This document shows, one piece after another, positions 1 to 10,000 of a DNA stretch of 64,000 bases (its first letter is position 1; each line of letters begins with the position of its first letter). Source of the DNA: Phycisphaerae bacterium (GTDB taxonomy: Bacteria; Planctomycetota; Phycisphaerae; UBA1845); assembly GCA_963666835.2 (NCBI GenBank), contig CAXXGO010000001.1:384001-448000 (forward strand), written 5' to 3'. The notes under the pieces were generated by a model that saw only the letters and a list, made by a program, of their open reading frames with translations, ran no database searches and was not told where the DNA came from. Position numbers and translations under genes: made by a program.

Positions 1-498
1 CCAAGAGCATCTCTGGGTACCGTGAGCGGGAAACGGCTCGGAGCCGGTCCCGTGCTGCAACGTACGGGTAGAGGCGAATCCGAGAGCATCTTTGCCGTTC
101 GGCGCCCGGTACTCGACGCGATCTTGAACGGGCTTCTGAATGATGTGATCGTGACTTCGGGGGCGCTGTTGGCGCCGATTCAATCACCGGATCAGGCCCG
201 CTCGGCCGGTCATTCGCTCGTGACCCTGTCCGCCCAAAGCGATCGGCTATTGACCGAGCTGGAGCGATTCCTGGCCACGCGGCTCTACCGGTGCGAAGAG
301 ATAGCCGCTGCCGACGATCGCGGCCGGCGCATGGTCACAGACGTTGTGGAGGCCTATCGCCGAACCCCCGCCAATCTCCCGCCGCGGTTCTACAGACGTC
401 TGGATGAACAGGGCATCGACCGCGTGGTTTGCGATTATGTGGCCGGCATGACCGACCGCTTCTGCCGCACGGAGCATGAGCGGTTGATGTCGCCGTGA
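1..498 (+). CDS. 3' part of deoxyguanosinetriphosphate triphosphohydrolase (dGTPase)-like HD protein, 5'-truncated or disrupted
   Basis: The C-terminus FLATRLYR...LPPRFYRR...RVVCDYVAGMTDRFC matches the HD-associated C-terminal domain of dGTPases. The frame is open from base 1, but the first ~28 codons do not look homologous. Confidence 0.65.
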   Translation, partial: PRASLGTVSGKRLGAGPVLQRTGRGESESIFAVRRPVLDAILNGLLNDVIVTSGALLAPIQSPDQARSAGHSLVTLSAQSDRLLTELERFLATRLYRCEEIAAADDRGRRMVTDVVEAYRRTPANLPPRFYRRLDEQGIDRVVCDYVAGMTDRFCRTEHERLMSP

Positions 499-1352
499 TC
501 CTCCGGACCGGGCAGCGGGTTTGTAGGGCAGGTCGAGGCCCGAGACCTGCCGCCGAGCTCGCGCGATGATCGCCATCTGGGCTTTGTTGCGCAACGCCTC
601 GGCGTAGGTTCAAAAGGACGCACATCGCGCGAAGACCGCGGCAGTGTGTAGGGCACGGTCGAGGTACGAGACCTGCCGCCGAGCTCGCGCGATGTGCACC
701 ATCGCGGCAGGTCTCGTACCTCGACCTGCCCTACGAGCTGAACCGGCTTCTGAACGACGCGATCGAGATTTCGGGGGCGCTGTTGGCGCCGATTCAATCA
801 CCGGATCAGGCCCGCTCGGCCGGTCATTCGCTCGTGACCCTGTCCGCCCGAATCGATGGGCTCCTGGCCGAGCTGGAGCGGTTCCTGGCCACGCGGCTCT
901 ACCGGTGCGAAGAGATAGCCGCCGCAGACGCACGCGGCCGGCGCATGGTCACAGACGTTGTGGAGGCCTATCGCCGAACCCCCGCCAATCTCCCGCCGCG
1001 GTTCTACAGACGTCTGGATGAACAGGGCATCGACCGCGTGGTTTGCGATTATGTGGCCGGCATGACCGACCGCTTCTGCCGCACGGAGCATGAGCGGTTG
1101 ATGTCGCCGTGATCCTCCGGACCGGGCAGCGGATTAGTAGGGCAGGTCGAGGCCCGAGACCTGCCGCCGAGCTCGCGCGATGATCGCCATCTGGGCTTTG
1201 TTGCGCAACGCCTCGGCGTAGGTTCAAAAGGACGCACATCGCGCGAAGACCGCGGCAGTGTGTAGGGCACGGTCGAGGTACGAGACCTGCCGCCGAGCTC
1301 GCGCGATGTGCACCATCGCGGCAGGTCTCGTACCTCGACCTGCCCTACGAGC
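125..1352. repeat. 614-bp tandem direct duplication (dGTPase 3' end plus REP cluster)
   Basis: Stop codons end at 498 and 1112; REP starts are at 523/1137 and 648/1262 (offset 614). The copies are identical over long stretches, with about 20 clustered substitutions. Confidence 0.95.
738..1112 (+). pseudogene. duplicated 3' fragment of the dGTPase-like gene
   Basis: Near-identical to 125-498, begins directly after a REP element, and lacks the N-terminal HD domain. Confidence 0.8.
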
Positions 1353-1460
1353 GGGGGTGCCACACGGGTGTCATGGGTCGACCTGTTGACCCGTGGGGCA
1401 AATGCGGTCTGCCAAGCGGACTCTACCCGCCCTGCGGAGCGAACCCTACCGGCTCACGAA

Positions 1461-1557
1461 TACGCGAAAGGCGTAGCGTCCTATAGCCCAGGGTGGCACG
1501 AACGCGGCTGCGCCGCTTCGTTTACCCTGGGCTCTGCTGTTCAACGCCTTCGGCGTA
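1461..1557. repeat. nested inverted-repeat element (second REP-like family)
   Basis: Outer arms tacgcgaaaggcgt...acgccttcggcgta and inner arms agcccagggt...accctgggct. Confidence 0.6.
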
Positions 1558-1750
1558 TGTTGAGAAGAGGTACGCCGTTCCGTTAGCGCGTAGGGCATGG
1601 TCGAGGTACGAGACCTGCCGTTGGTCTTCGTGCGCCGCGACCCCCGCGGCTTACGTTGCGGGCTGGGCGGAGCTGTCGCCCTGACGGGTTGGTCCCGCGA
1701 GACACACGGGTGGCACATATTCGTGCGACTCGAACCATCGCGGCCCTAAT

Positions 1751-2012
1751 GGCAGGTCTCGTTCCTCGACCATGCCCCACAAGGTCTTCGCGCGACGCGC
1801 GCTGTTGTGGCAGGTCTCGTTCCTCGACCATGCCCTACAAGGTCTTCGCGCGACGCGCGCCGTTGTGGCAGGTCTCGTTCCTCGACCGTGCCCTACAAGG
1901 TCTTCGCGCGACGCGCGCTGTTGTGGCAGGTCTCGTTCCTCGACCGTGCCCTACAAGGTCTTCGCGCGACGCGCGCTGTTGTGGCAGGTCTCGTACCTCG
2001 ACGCTGCCCTAC
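1751..2012. repeat. 58-bp tandem repeat, about 4.5 units (30-bp REP plus constant 28-bp linker)
   Basis: Unit starts at 1751, 1809, 1867, 1925 and 1983. Confidence 0.95.
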
Positions 2013-2192
2013 GACCGCTGCCACGTGGGTGGCATGGGTCAACTTGTTGACCCGTGGCTTTTAGCGCGGGCATCCACGGGCAAGCGGCAAGCGTCCATAC
2101 CTCCATTGCGTAATCTCTTGCCGTGCGGCGGAGTACTCTACGCGCGAGCTACGCTGGCCCATGCCACCCGACCGTAAACGGCTGGTTGCGTT

Positions 2193-3770
2193 CTATTCCA
2201 GCGGGCCGAGTTCGTTTTCTACGTCCTTGAGGACCTGTTGAGAGCGCAGCAGATCGAGGGACGCGTTGATGTCATTACCGAAGAGGCGATCTTCCTCCGC
2301 GTGGGGGATCTTGCGGCGGACCGCGGCTTGGGCGAGGCGTGGGCCGATACCGGCGCGGAGTGGGGCACGGTAGTCCATCGCCTGGGCGGCGCACATCTGT
2401 TCGATGGCCAGGACCGTTTCGGCGTTCTCCAGAACCTGCAGGCACTTGACGGCCGCCCGGGCGCCCATACTCACGTGGTCTTCCTGACCCAGCGAAGTGG
2501 GGATCGAATCGACCACGGCCGGGGTGCACAGTCCCTTGTTCTCGCTGACCAGCGCCGCGGCCGTGTATTGCGGAAGCATGAACCCGCTGTTGAGGCCGGT
2601 GTCCTTCATCAGCAGTTTCGGCAGGTCGTCCACCCCGCTGAGCAGCAGGTAGATCCGTCGTTCGCTGATCGACGCCAGTTCGGCGAGCGCCATGGCCAGG
2701 TAATCGAGGGTCAGCGCCAGGGGTTGTCCATGGAACAGCCCGCCGCTGATCACGTCTCCATCGTCGAAGATCAACGGGTTGTCGGTAACGGAGTTGACTT
2801 CGGTTTCGATTGTGCGGGCGACGTGGTCGATGGCGTCACGGGATGCGCCGTGGACCTGGGGTACGCAGCGCAGGGAATACGGATCCTGCACGCGCGGGCA
2901 TTCGATGTGGGATTCGAGAATTTCGCTGTCCGCCATCATTCGCAGGATGTTTCCGGCTACCCGGATGGCGCCGTGGTGCGGACGGAGCCGATGCAGCCGC
3001 GGATCACAGGGTTTGACACTGCCCCGCGCGGCTTCCAGCGACATGGCGGCGATGATGTCGGCGTGCTTCGCCAGGCGTAGTGCCCTTATTACGGCATTTG
3101 CCCCATAGGCTGCCATCAACTGCGTGCCGTTGATCAGAGCGAGACCTTCCTTCGGACCGAGCGTAGCCGGTTCGATGCCGTGCTCGGCCAGAGCTTCCGC
3201 GGCCGGTTGAGTTCGGCCGTTTCGGGAAACGGTCCCCCGCCCGATCATGGGCAAGACCATGTGAGCCAGAGGGGCCAGATCTCCGCTGGCTCCGAGTGAA
3301 CCCTGGGTCGGGATGGTGGGGAGCAAGTCGGCGGCCAGCATCCGTCGCAGGCAATCGACGGTCGGGCGTGACGCTCCGCTGACTCCGTGGGTCAGCGCAT
3401 GGATCTTGAAGAGCATGATCCAGCGGACGATCTGCGGCGGCACCGGAGTGCCCACGCCCACGGCGTGCGACATGATCAAGTTGGTTTGCAGGGCGCGGAC
3501 CTGGTCGGGCGGAATTCTCTTTTCGCACAGATGTCCGAAGCCGGTGTTGATCCCGTAGGCGGCCGCCCTTCCGTTAGCGATGCGGGCTACCGCCGCGCAG
3601 CAGGTCTCGATGCGCTGCCAGATCGGCTCGGCGATCTCGACGCGGATCGGACAACCCAGGGCGGTGTCCAGCCCTGCCAAGCTTAGCGGGCGACCGTCCA
3701 GGGTCAGGTGGGCGCATCCTGCGCCATCGATTCGCACCGGCACGGCGGTCGTTTCGTCTGAGTTGCTCAT
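2193..3770 (-). CDS. hutH: histidine ammonia-lyase
   Basis: YGINTGFG motif, MIO-forming GSLGASGDLAPLAH, HAL-type SH (NLIMSHA), QDPYSLRCVPQVHG and QEDHVSMG. Confidence 0.93.
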   Translation of the reverse strand: MSNSDETTAVPVRIDGAGCAHLTLDGRPLSLAGLDTALGCPIRVEIAEPIWQRIETCCAAVARIANGRAAAYGINTGFGHLCEKRIPPDQVRALQTNLIMSHAVGVGTPVPPQIVRWIMLFKIHALTHGVSGASRPTVDCLRRMLAADLLPTIPTQGSLGASGDLAPLAHMVLPMIGRGTVSRNGRTQPAAEALAEHGIEPATLGPKEGLALINGTQLMAAYGANAVIRALRLAKHADIIAAMSLEAARGSVKPCDPRLHRLRPHHGAIRVAGNILRMMADSEILESHIECPRVQDPYSLRCVPQVHGASRDAIDHVARTIETEVNSVTDNPLIFDDGDVISGGLFHGQPLALTLDYLAMALAELASISERRIYLLLSGVDDLPKLLMKDTGLNSGFMLPQYTAAALVSENKGLCTPAVVDSIPTSLGQEDHVSMGARAAVKCLQVLENAETVLAIEQMCAAQAMDYRAPLRAGIGPRLAQAAVRRKIPHAEEDRLFGNDINASLDLLRSQQVLKDVENELGPLE

Positions 3771-3902
3771 GAAGCGGATTATAGGCTTGCTTGCCGGAAA
3801 CGTAAGCGGGTCCGGCCCGGCGTTGCGACCTCTGCAGGTGCCGGCAGAGGCTGCGCCGCCGGACCGGACCCGTGTGTCCGATCCGATCGCTCCGGGCGGT
3901 GA

Positions 3903-4850
3903 TCAGTTGCGGGTGACCTTAACCGCCACGGCGATAGCTTCGCCGTCGGCCGTCGAAGCGGGGGCGGCGGCCAAGACGACATAACTACCGATCTTGGCCA
4001 CAAGGGTCGTATCGATTGCGAAGTTGGTTTCCCCGAGATGGTCCTCCTCCGTGCGGAACTCACCGGTTACCTCCGTCCTCAACTTCAGTTGAACGAGATC
4101 CTCGTCGGAATCGAGCCGAGCTGTGCCTGCGACCGAGATCTTCAGGCTGTCGCCGTATCCGACCGGGTCCCGGCTCGACAGGGCCGACTCTTGAGAGAAA
4201 CTCTGCCCTTCGTCGGCCGTTAACATGACGGGTGCCAGAAGGTCCAAGTCTCCGAAACCGTTTTCGGTAAGCGTGTGGGCTACGGATTTGAGTCCGGCGG
4301 GCAGCGAAGCCTCCTTCCCATTGTGGTTTCCGACCGAGGCGCGAATGACGAAGAGGTGGATATTGAAGGACTGAGACGGTCGGTCGACTTCCTTGAGAAG
4401 CTGCCGGACTGCCTCGGTCTCCGCTTCGCCGGCGCGGATCACCAGTAACCGGTTGGCGTCATCGATTGCGATGCGGGTTTTGGGTCCACTCACGGCCGCG
4501 CGGATGAGTTCCATCAACATGCGGGATGGTTGATGGGTCAACCGGATGATCGAGACGTCTTCCGAATCTTCGGCTACTTCGGCGACATCCCAGGCGGGGA
4601 TGAGCTGGTCGCAGATCAATTTCACCTGATCGCTTGGCCCCTGCACGATTATGCTCGACGGTCCCACGCAGGCGGTCATTACCGGATAGCCCAAGTTGTT
4701 CAACGAGGAGGCGAGCGTCTCGCATTCTACGTGAGCGAGCTTCGTGATAACGGTTTCCTGGGGCGGAGTCTGGGCTACGCAAAGCGGCACGCCCACGGTT
4801 ACGAACACGGCCAGAGCTATAGTACATTTCCATGCGTTCATTGTGATCAC
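3903..4850 (-). CDS. exported protein with secretin N-terminal (NolW-like) domains
   Basis: Signal peptide, plus a RIAIDDANRLLVIRA...VRQLLKEVD secretin_N-like repeat. There is no secretin barrel. Confidence 0.6.
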   Translation of the reverse strand: MITMNAWKCTIALAVFVTVGVPLCVAQTPPQETVITKLAHVECETLASSLNNLGYPVMTACVGPSSIIVQGPSDQVKLICDQLIPAWDVAEVAEDSEDVSIIRLTHQPSRMLMELIRAAVSGPKTRIAIDDANRLLVIRAGEAETEAVRQLLKEVDRPSQSFNIHLFVIRASVGNHNGKEASLPAGLKSVAHTLTENGFGDLDLLAPVMLTADEGQSFSQESALSSRDPVGYGDSLKISVAGTARLDSDEDLVQLKLRTEVTGEFRTEEDHLGETNFAIDTTLVAKIGSYVVLAAAPASTADGEAIAVAVKVTRN

Positions 4851-4924
4851 TCCTTATTGAGATTGCTTGTTTCATTTCCTGTCAAGTGGGTGACGCTAAC
4901 GTCTCCCGGCTGTTTCCGTTTGGA

Positions 4925-5437
4925 TCACTCGTCCGCCGCCGCGGTCGGCGTCGAGTAGAGCCAATACAACTGAACGTCGGGCTCAGACGAATGGCGGGCG
5001 ACGGCCATGAACTTCTCGGCCGCCCCTCCACGAAGCGTGATCCCGACACGTGGGTTCGTTTGGGGCATTCCGATTACTGCGGAAGACCCCCCGTTGTTTT
5101 GTTGTGTATGGTTCGAACGCTGCACGTTCTGATAGAGGATTCCTCCTCCGATCAGCACGACGACGGCAGCGGCTACTCTTACCAGGCGATGGACCCGCCG
5201 AGGTGTGATTCTCAGCCACGACTGAGTCTGTTCTCGCAGAGCCGGCCCGGATGTTTGCGAGGTGATAGCCTCGGTCTCCAAGCGGAGTTTATCCAAACCG
5301 TCGGCGATCAGAGCCATCTGCGCGGCGTACTCTCGGCAGGAGACGCATCCGCGAAGGTGTTCCTCGAGTTCGGCATCGGGGCGTCCGGCGTCGAGTTGTT
5401 CGTGCCATCGGTTTTGGGCTTCTTCGCAGTTCATCAC
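4925..5437 (-). CDS. zinc-finger (zf-HC2) anti-sigma factor
   Basis: HLRGCVSC (HxxxCxxC) motif, one TM helix, and a 4-nt overlap with the ECF sigma gene. Confidence 0.85.
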   Translation of the reverse strand: MMNCEEAQNRWHEQLDAGRPDAELEEHLRGCVSCREYAAQMALIADGLDKLRLETEAITSQTSGPALREQTQSWLRITPRRVHRLVRVAAAVVVLIGGGILYQNVQRSNHTQQNNGGSSAVIGMPQTNPRVGITLRGGAAEKFMAVARHSSEPDVQLYWLYSTPTAAADE

Positions 5438-6048
5438 AGCTCTCCACCTGGTCTTCCGGTTCGGTCGAACCAGTCCGGGTCTCTTTTCAGGATCAAGCTT
5501 CGCAGGGTCTCCCGTCCGGCCCGAGCATGTACGCGGGCCGTGGCCGGGGCGATGTCGAGCACTCTGGCGATTTCCTCAAACGGCATACCTTGAAGATGCC
5601 TCAGGACCATCACCTCGTGTTGCCTTTGCGGTAGCTCCATCAGCAGGCTCCGTAAGGACTCGCCTCGGTCGGACGGTATCGCCGGAGGGTTCTCGGGTTC
5701 TCTACGCGACGATTCCATTGCGTAGGGTTCGATGTGGCGCCGGCCAAGTTGGGTCCGCCGCCCGAGCAGCCGACATCGTTGAACGACAATCCGGGAAACC
5801 CAGGACCACCACTTGTCGGCCTCTCGCAAACTGCCGGCTTTCTCGTGGGCTGCGACCAGAGCATCCTGAACCGCATCTTCTGCGTCCTCTTGGTTCCAAA
5901 CGAACCGGTAAGCGAGGCGAACCAGCCGATCTCGAACGGCTCCCATTCCTGCGGGAGGCGTCGAGGTGTCGGCTGCCGGTGCATTTCGGCGTGATTGGCG
6001 TTGTATGTCTGCAGTCTTGTCTGCCATGCCCGTCTTCGCCGGAAACAC
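5434..6048 (-). CDS. ECF RNA polymerase sigma-70 factor
   Basis: Region 2 DAEDAVQD...WSWVSRI and region 4 LPQRQHEVMVLRHLQGMPFEEIARVL. Confidence 0.9.
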   Translation of the reverse strand: MFPAKTGMADKTADIQRQSRRNAPAADTSTPPAGMGAVRDRLVRLAYRFVWNQEDAEDAVQDALVAAHEKAGSLREADKWWSWVSRIVVQRCRLLGRRTQLGRRHIEPYAMESSRREPENPPAIPSDRGESLRSLLMELPQRQHEVMVLRHLQGMPFEEIARVLDIAPATARVHARAGRETLRSLILKRDPDWFDRTGRPGGEL

Positions 6049-6269
6049 CGTCTCGATTCCGTCATCCGCCCTTACAGATGCGCGGCGCGGTCGAGGCGTT
6101 TAGTGCCCCGGGTGGTCCCGTTCTCGCCGTGCGGTCGAGGGGATTATGGGGCTGCCCACCTCGTCCTCTTCGCCCTTGTACGGCCCGTTGGCGATTGAGA
6201 CGCAACGGTTGAAAGCTCTGGAATAATGCCATTCTCAGAGCTGGGCGAATAGCGCCCGAAGACGCGCGC

Positions 6270-6764
6270 TTACCCGGACAGACCGACCATGGTTGGGCTA
6301 AGATAGATGAGCAAGTGCAGCAGGCCGCAGGTGTACAGTCCGGCCGCGATGTCATCACCCACCACGCCCCACCCTCCGGGCCAGTGGTCTTCGATCTGCC
6401 GGGCGGGGGGGATCTTGGCGACGTCGATTGCCCGCTCAACGAAGAAGGCGACGGCGGTCAGTTGCCAGGTAAAGGGAACGAACGCGACCGCGAACATGAA
6501 CCCGACCAGTTCGTCCCAGACCAGGCGGCGGCTGTCCTTTTCGCCCAGGATGCGGTCTCCGGCCTGGTGTACGGCTACGGATGCGAGCGAGAACAGCACC
6601 GTTACCGTGACGTAAGTGATTGGCGACAAGTCATGCATCACCCAATACAGCGGGACGCCGATGACGGCTACGGTGACGGTTCCCGAGGCGGGAGCGTAGC
6701 CGAGCGGACCGATAGAGCCTGCCAACAGAATGGTCCACTCTCCGGGGGTGCGTTCAGTCGACAT
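6270..6764 (-). CDS. pgpA: phosphatidylglycerophosphatase A
   Basis: GYAPASGT, KDSRRLVWDELVG, DVAKIPP and GGWGVVGDDIAAG motifs. Start set at ATG 6764. Confidence 0.85.
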   Translation of the reverse strand: MSTERTPGEWTILLAGSIGPLGYAPASGTVTVAVIGVPLYWVMHDLSPITYVTVTVLFSLASVAVHQAGDRILGEKDSRRLVWDELVGFMFAVAFVPFTWQLTAVAFFVERAIDVAKIPPARQIEDHWPGGWGVVGDDIAAGLYTCGLLHLLIYLSPTMVGLSG

Positions 6765-7087
6765 GGTCTCAATTCTGGCAGAGTCGAGCCGTTGCTGCAA
6801 ACTCAGCGGTTCAAGAGTGGTCCGGGCTTGCCGGGTGGTGACGCTAATACTGTTAGCTGAGCCGGTTTGGAACGCGTAACGCTCCAGTAACATGGCGGTC
6901 AGCAAGTTGATGTCAGCCGACGATATGCAGTATAACCGTCGACCCAACTATAAGGGGGCCGGCTCGGATGATGTGGCCAAGATTGGCTGCTACGAGCCTT
7001 CCGACCCGGGTCCATAGTGGGCGAAGCCGGGTGATCCGTTGAGTGATTGCCGTAATCTGTGAATAAGAGGTAGAGGGAATCTGACTG

Positions 7088-10000
7088 ATGAAAACGAAAT
7101 CCTTTGTCGCCGCGGCGCGGGTACGATGGTCGAGAGAATCCAGGGCGTTTTGTGCCTTGCCGATTGTGCTTGCCGTGGTCGGGATCGTTGCGGCTTCGGT
7201 AGTTGCGGCTCCGAGCCAGACTGAGAAGAAGGCTCCGGATGCGGTGCCGGTTATCAAGATCGACAACCCGATCCACGACTTCGGGACTAAGTGGATCGGT
7301 CCGATGCTGGACCATACCTACACGATCAAGAATGAGGGCACCGAGGCTCTCGAGATCATCAAGGTGCGGCCGGCCTGCGGCTGCACGGTGGCCGGGGAGT
7401 ACCCCAAGAGCATCGCCCCGGGCGAGTCCGGCAAGTTCCCGTTCACGCTCAACAGCAAGAAGCTCCGCGGGAAGTACGAGAAGTCGATTACGGTCACTAC
7501 GAACGACCCGGTGACTCCGGAATTGAAGCTCAAGCTTCGTGGGGAATGCAAGCGTTACATTGACGTGCTGCCGACCGCCGCCAATTTCGGGAAGGTCGTG
7601 GACAACGAGCCTAAACGTAAGGACATCGGGATTAAGAACAACACCGATGATCCGCTGAAGCTGACGTTGACCAAGACGGAAGACGGGCCGTTTGCGTTTG
7701 AACTCGTCGAGAAGACGGCGGGTAAGGACTTTGACGTGCATGTGTCCATGAAGCCTCCGTACACCCCGGGGACTTTCCGCGGCACCACGACCGTATTGAG
7801 CAACATTGAATCCCAGAAGGAGATTACGGTTCGGGCGACGGCGCGGGTGCCCGAACGGCTCGAACTGCAGCCTTCTCAGATTACCTATGACCCGAACAAG
7901 TTCAAGGATAGGGGCTTCTCACGCTCGGTTCGGTTTGTCAACTACGGAAACGAGCCCGTCCAGGTGGTCGACGTAACCACGGACGACCCGGACCACATCA
8001 ACTTGGCGTTCAAAGAGCGTACGCCCGGCAAGGCGTACACGATCCAGGTTGATATCCCGGCCGGTTACTCGCCTCCCGAAGGCGGGCGGGAAATCGTGAT
8101 CAAGACCGACGATACCAAGCAGCCTGCCATCGTTCTTCCGGTGACGCAGGTGGCGGCCCGTGCGGCAGAGAGCCTCCAGGCTAAGGCCGCCGAGAAGGCC
8201 AAGGCCGCCGAGAAGGGCAATGACGCCGAGAAACCCAAGGCCACGGTGGCCAATAAGGACAAGGCCAAGCCGTCCGAGAAGAAACGCACGGAACCAAAGA
8301 GGGCCCGGAGGGGGCGCCCGGCCGAGGAGATGGTTGGCCAGCAGGTTCCGTCGTTCGAAGCCACCACGGTTGTCGGGGAGAAGTTGAACGCCGAGTCCTT
8401 TATCGGCAAGGTGACGGTTCTGGATTTCTTCTCCAAGCGTTGCGGTCACTGCATGAAGCAGATCCCGCGGCTTGAGACGGTGCGGCAGAAGTACGCGGCC
8501 AAGGGAGTTCGGTTCGTGGCGATCGGCGCCGGCGGAACCGACGAGGAATTGAAGGCCAAGACCGCTTCGCTCGGTTTCAAGGGCGAGTTGGTCATCGATT
8601 CCGCCAAGAAGATCAGCCCGCTGTTCAAGGTGAGCGGGGTGCCTTCCATGGCGATCGTGGGCAAGGCCGGCATAGTTGAGGCCGTCAACGTCGGAAACGT
8701 TGGTGATCTCGAGGAGCGTATGGCCAAGCAGCTCGATGCGATGCTGGCGGGCAAGCCGGTTCCGGAGATCGATCGCGCACCATCGAAGGCTCAGGAGAAG
8801 GGTAAGAACCAGCCGCGTCCGGCCGAGGAGATGGTCGGGAAGGTCGTACCGGACTTTGATGCCACGACAGTGACAGGAGAGAAGATCTCTTCCAAGTCGT
8901 TTACGGGCCAGGTCACGGTGCTCGACTTCTTCTCGAAGCGTTGCGGGCACTGCATGAAGCAGATCCCCCGGGTCGAGGCGATGCGACAGAAGTACGCCGA
9001 CAAGGCGGTCCGCTTTGTGGCGATTGGCGGCGGCGGTACGGAAGACGAACTGAAGGCTAAGGTCGCCGAGCTTGGCTTCAAGGGCGATTTGATTGCGGAT
9101 ATCTCTCAGAAGATCAGCCCACTCTTCGGCGTTCGCGGAGTTCCTTCAATGGCTATCGTCGGCAAGACCGGCAAGGTCGAAGCCGTCAACGTCGGGAACC
9201 TCCGGGATCTCGAAGATCGGATGACCTCGCAGATCGACGCGATGTTGGCCGGCAAGCCGGTTCCGCAGATTGCCGAGACGCCGCCGAAAGCTCCTGATCG
9301 GGGCGCGAACAAGCCGCGTCCAGCCGAGGAGATGGTTGGAAAGGTCGTGCCGGATTTCGATGCCACGACAGTGACAGGAGAGAAGATTTCGTCCAAGTCA
9401 TTCGTGGGCAAGGTCACGGTGCTCGACTTCTTCTCGAAGCGCTGCGGGCACTGCATGAAGCAGATCCCCCGGGTCGAGGCGATGCGGAAGAAGTACGCGG
9501 CTAAGGGCGTCCGGTTTGTGGCGGTCGGTGCGGGTGGTACCGAAGACGAAATCAAAGCTAAAATTGCGGAGCTGGGCTTCGAGGGCGACCTGGTGGCGGA
9601 TGTTTCCCGGAAGATCAGTCCGCTCTTTGGGGTTCGCGGTGTTCCCTCCATGGCGATCGTCGGCAAGAGCGGCAAGGTCGAAGCCGTCAACGTCGGGAAC
9701 CTCCGGGATCTGGAAGACCGCATGACGAAGCAGTTGGATGCCATGCTGGCCGGCAAGCCCGTCCCCCAGGTGGCGGAGAATACCCCGCCCCCGTCCCCGC
9801 CCACCAAGGAACCGACCAAGGCTCCCACAACGGAGTTGGTCGGAAACCCGGCGCCCAAGTTCGACCTGACCACTCTCGAGGGCGAGAAGCTCAACAACGA
9901 GACGGTGGCTGGGACGGTCGTCGTGCTGGATTTCTTCGCTACCAACTGCGGCTACTGCAAGAAGCAGATTCCGCGGGTCGAGGCAATACGGCAGAAGTAT

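Larger units (their letters stand above)
523..2012. repeat. cluster of 12 GTAG-type REP-like palindromes (BIME/REPIN-like)
   Basis: Consensus GTAG-GGCAGGTC-gaggtacga-GACCTGCC. Forward copies start at 523, 648, 1137, 1262 and 1590; inverted copies end at 734, 1348, 1780, 1838, 1896, 1954 and 2012. Confidence 0.85.

Noticed and set aside
1751..2012. CRISPR array (30-bp palindromic repeat plus 28-bp spacer)
   Set aside because: The spacers are essentially identical, the repeat also occurs dispersed and inverted nearby, and there are no cas genes. It is a REP tandem repeat.
2193..3770. Phenylalanine/tyrosine ammonia-lyase or aminomutase of a biosynthetic cluster
   Set aside because: The specificity residues are HAL-type (SH) and there are no biosynthetic neighbours.
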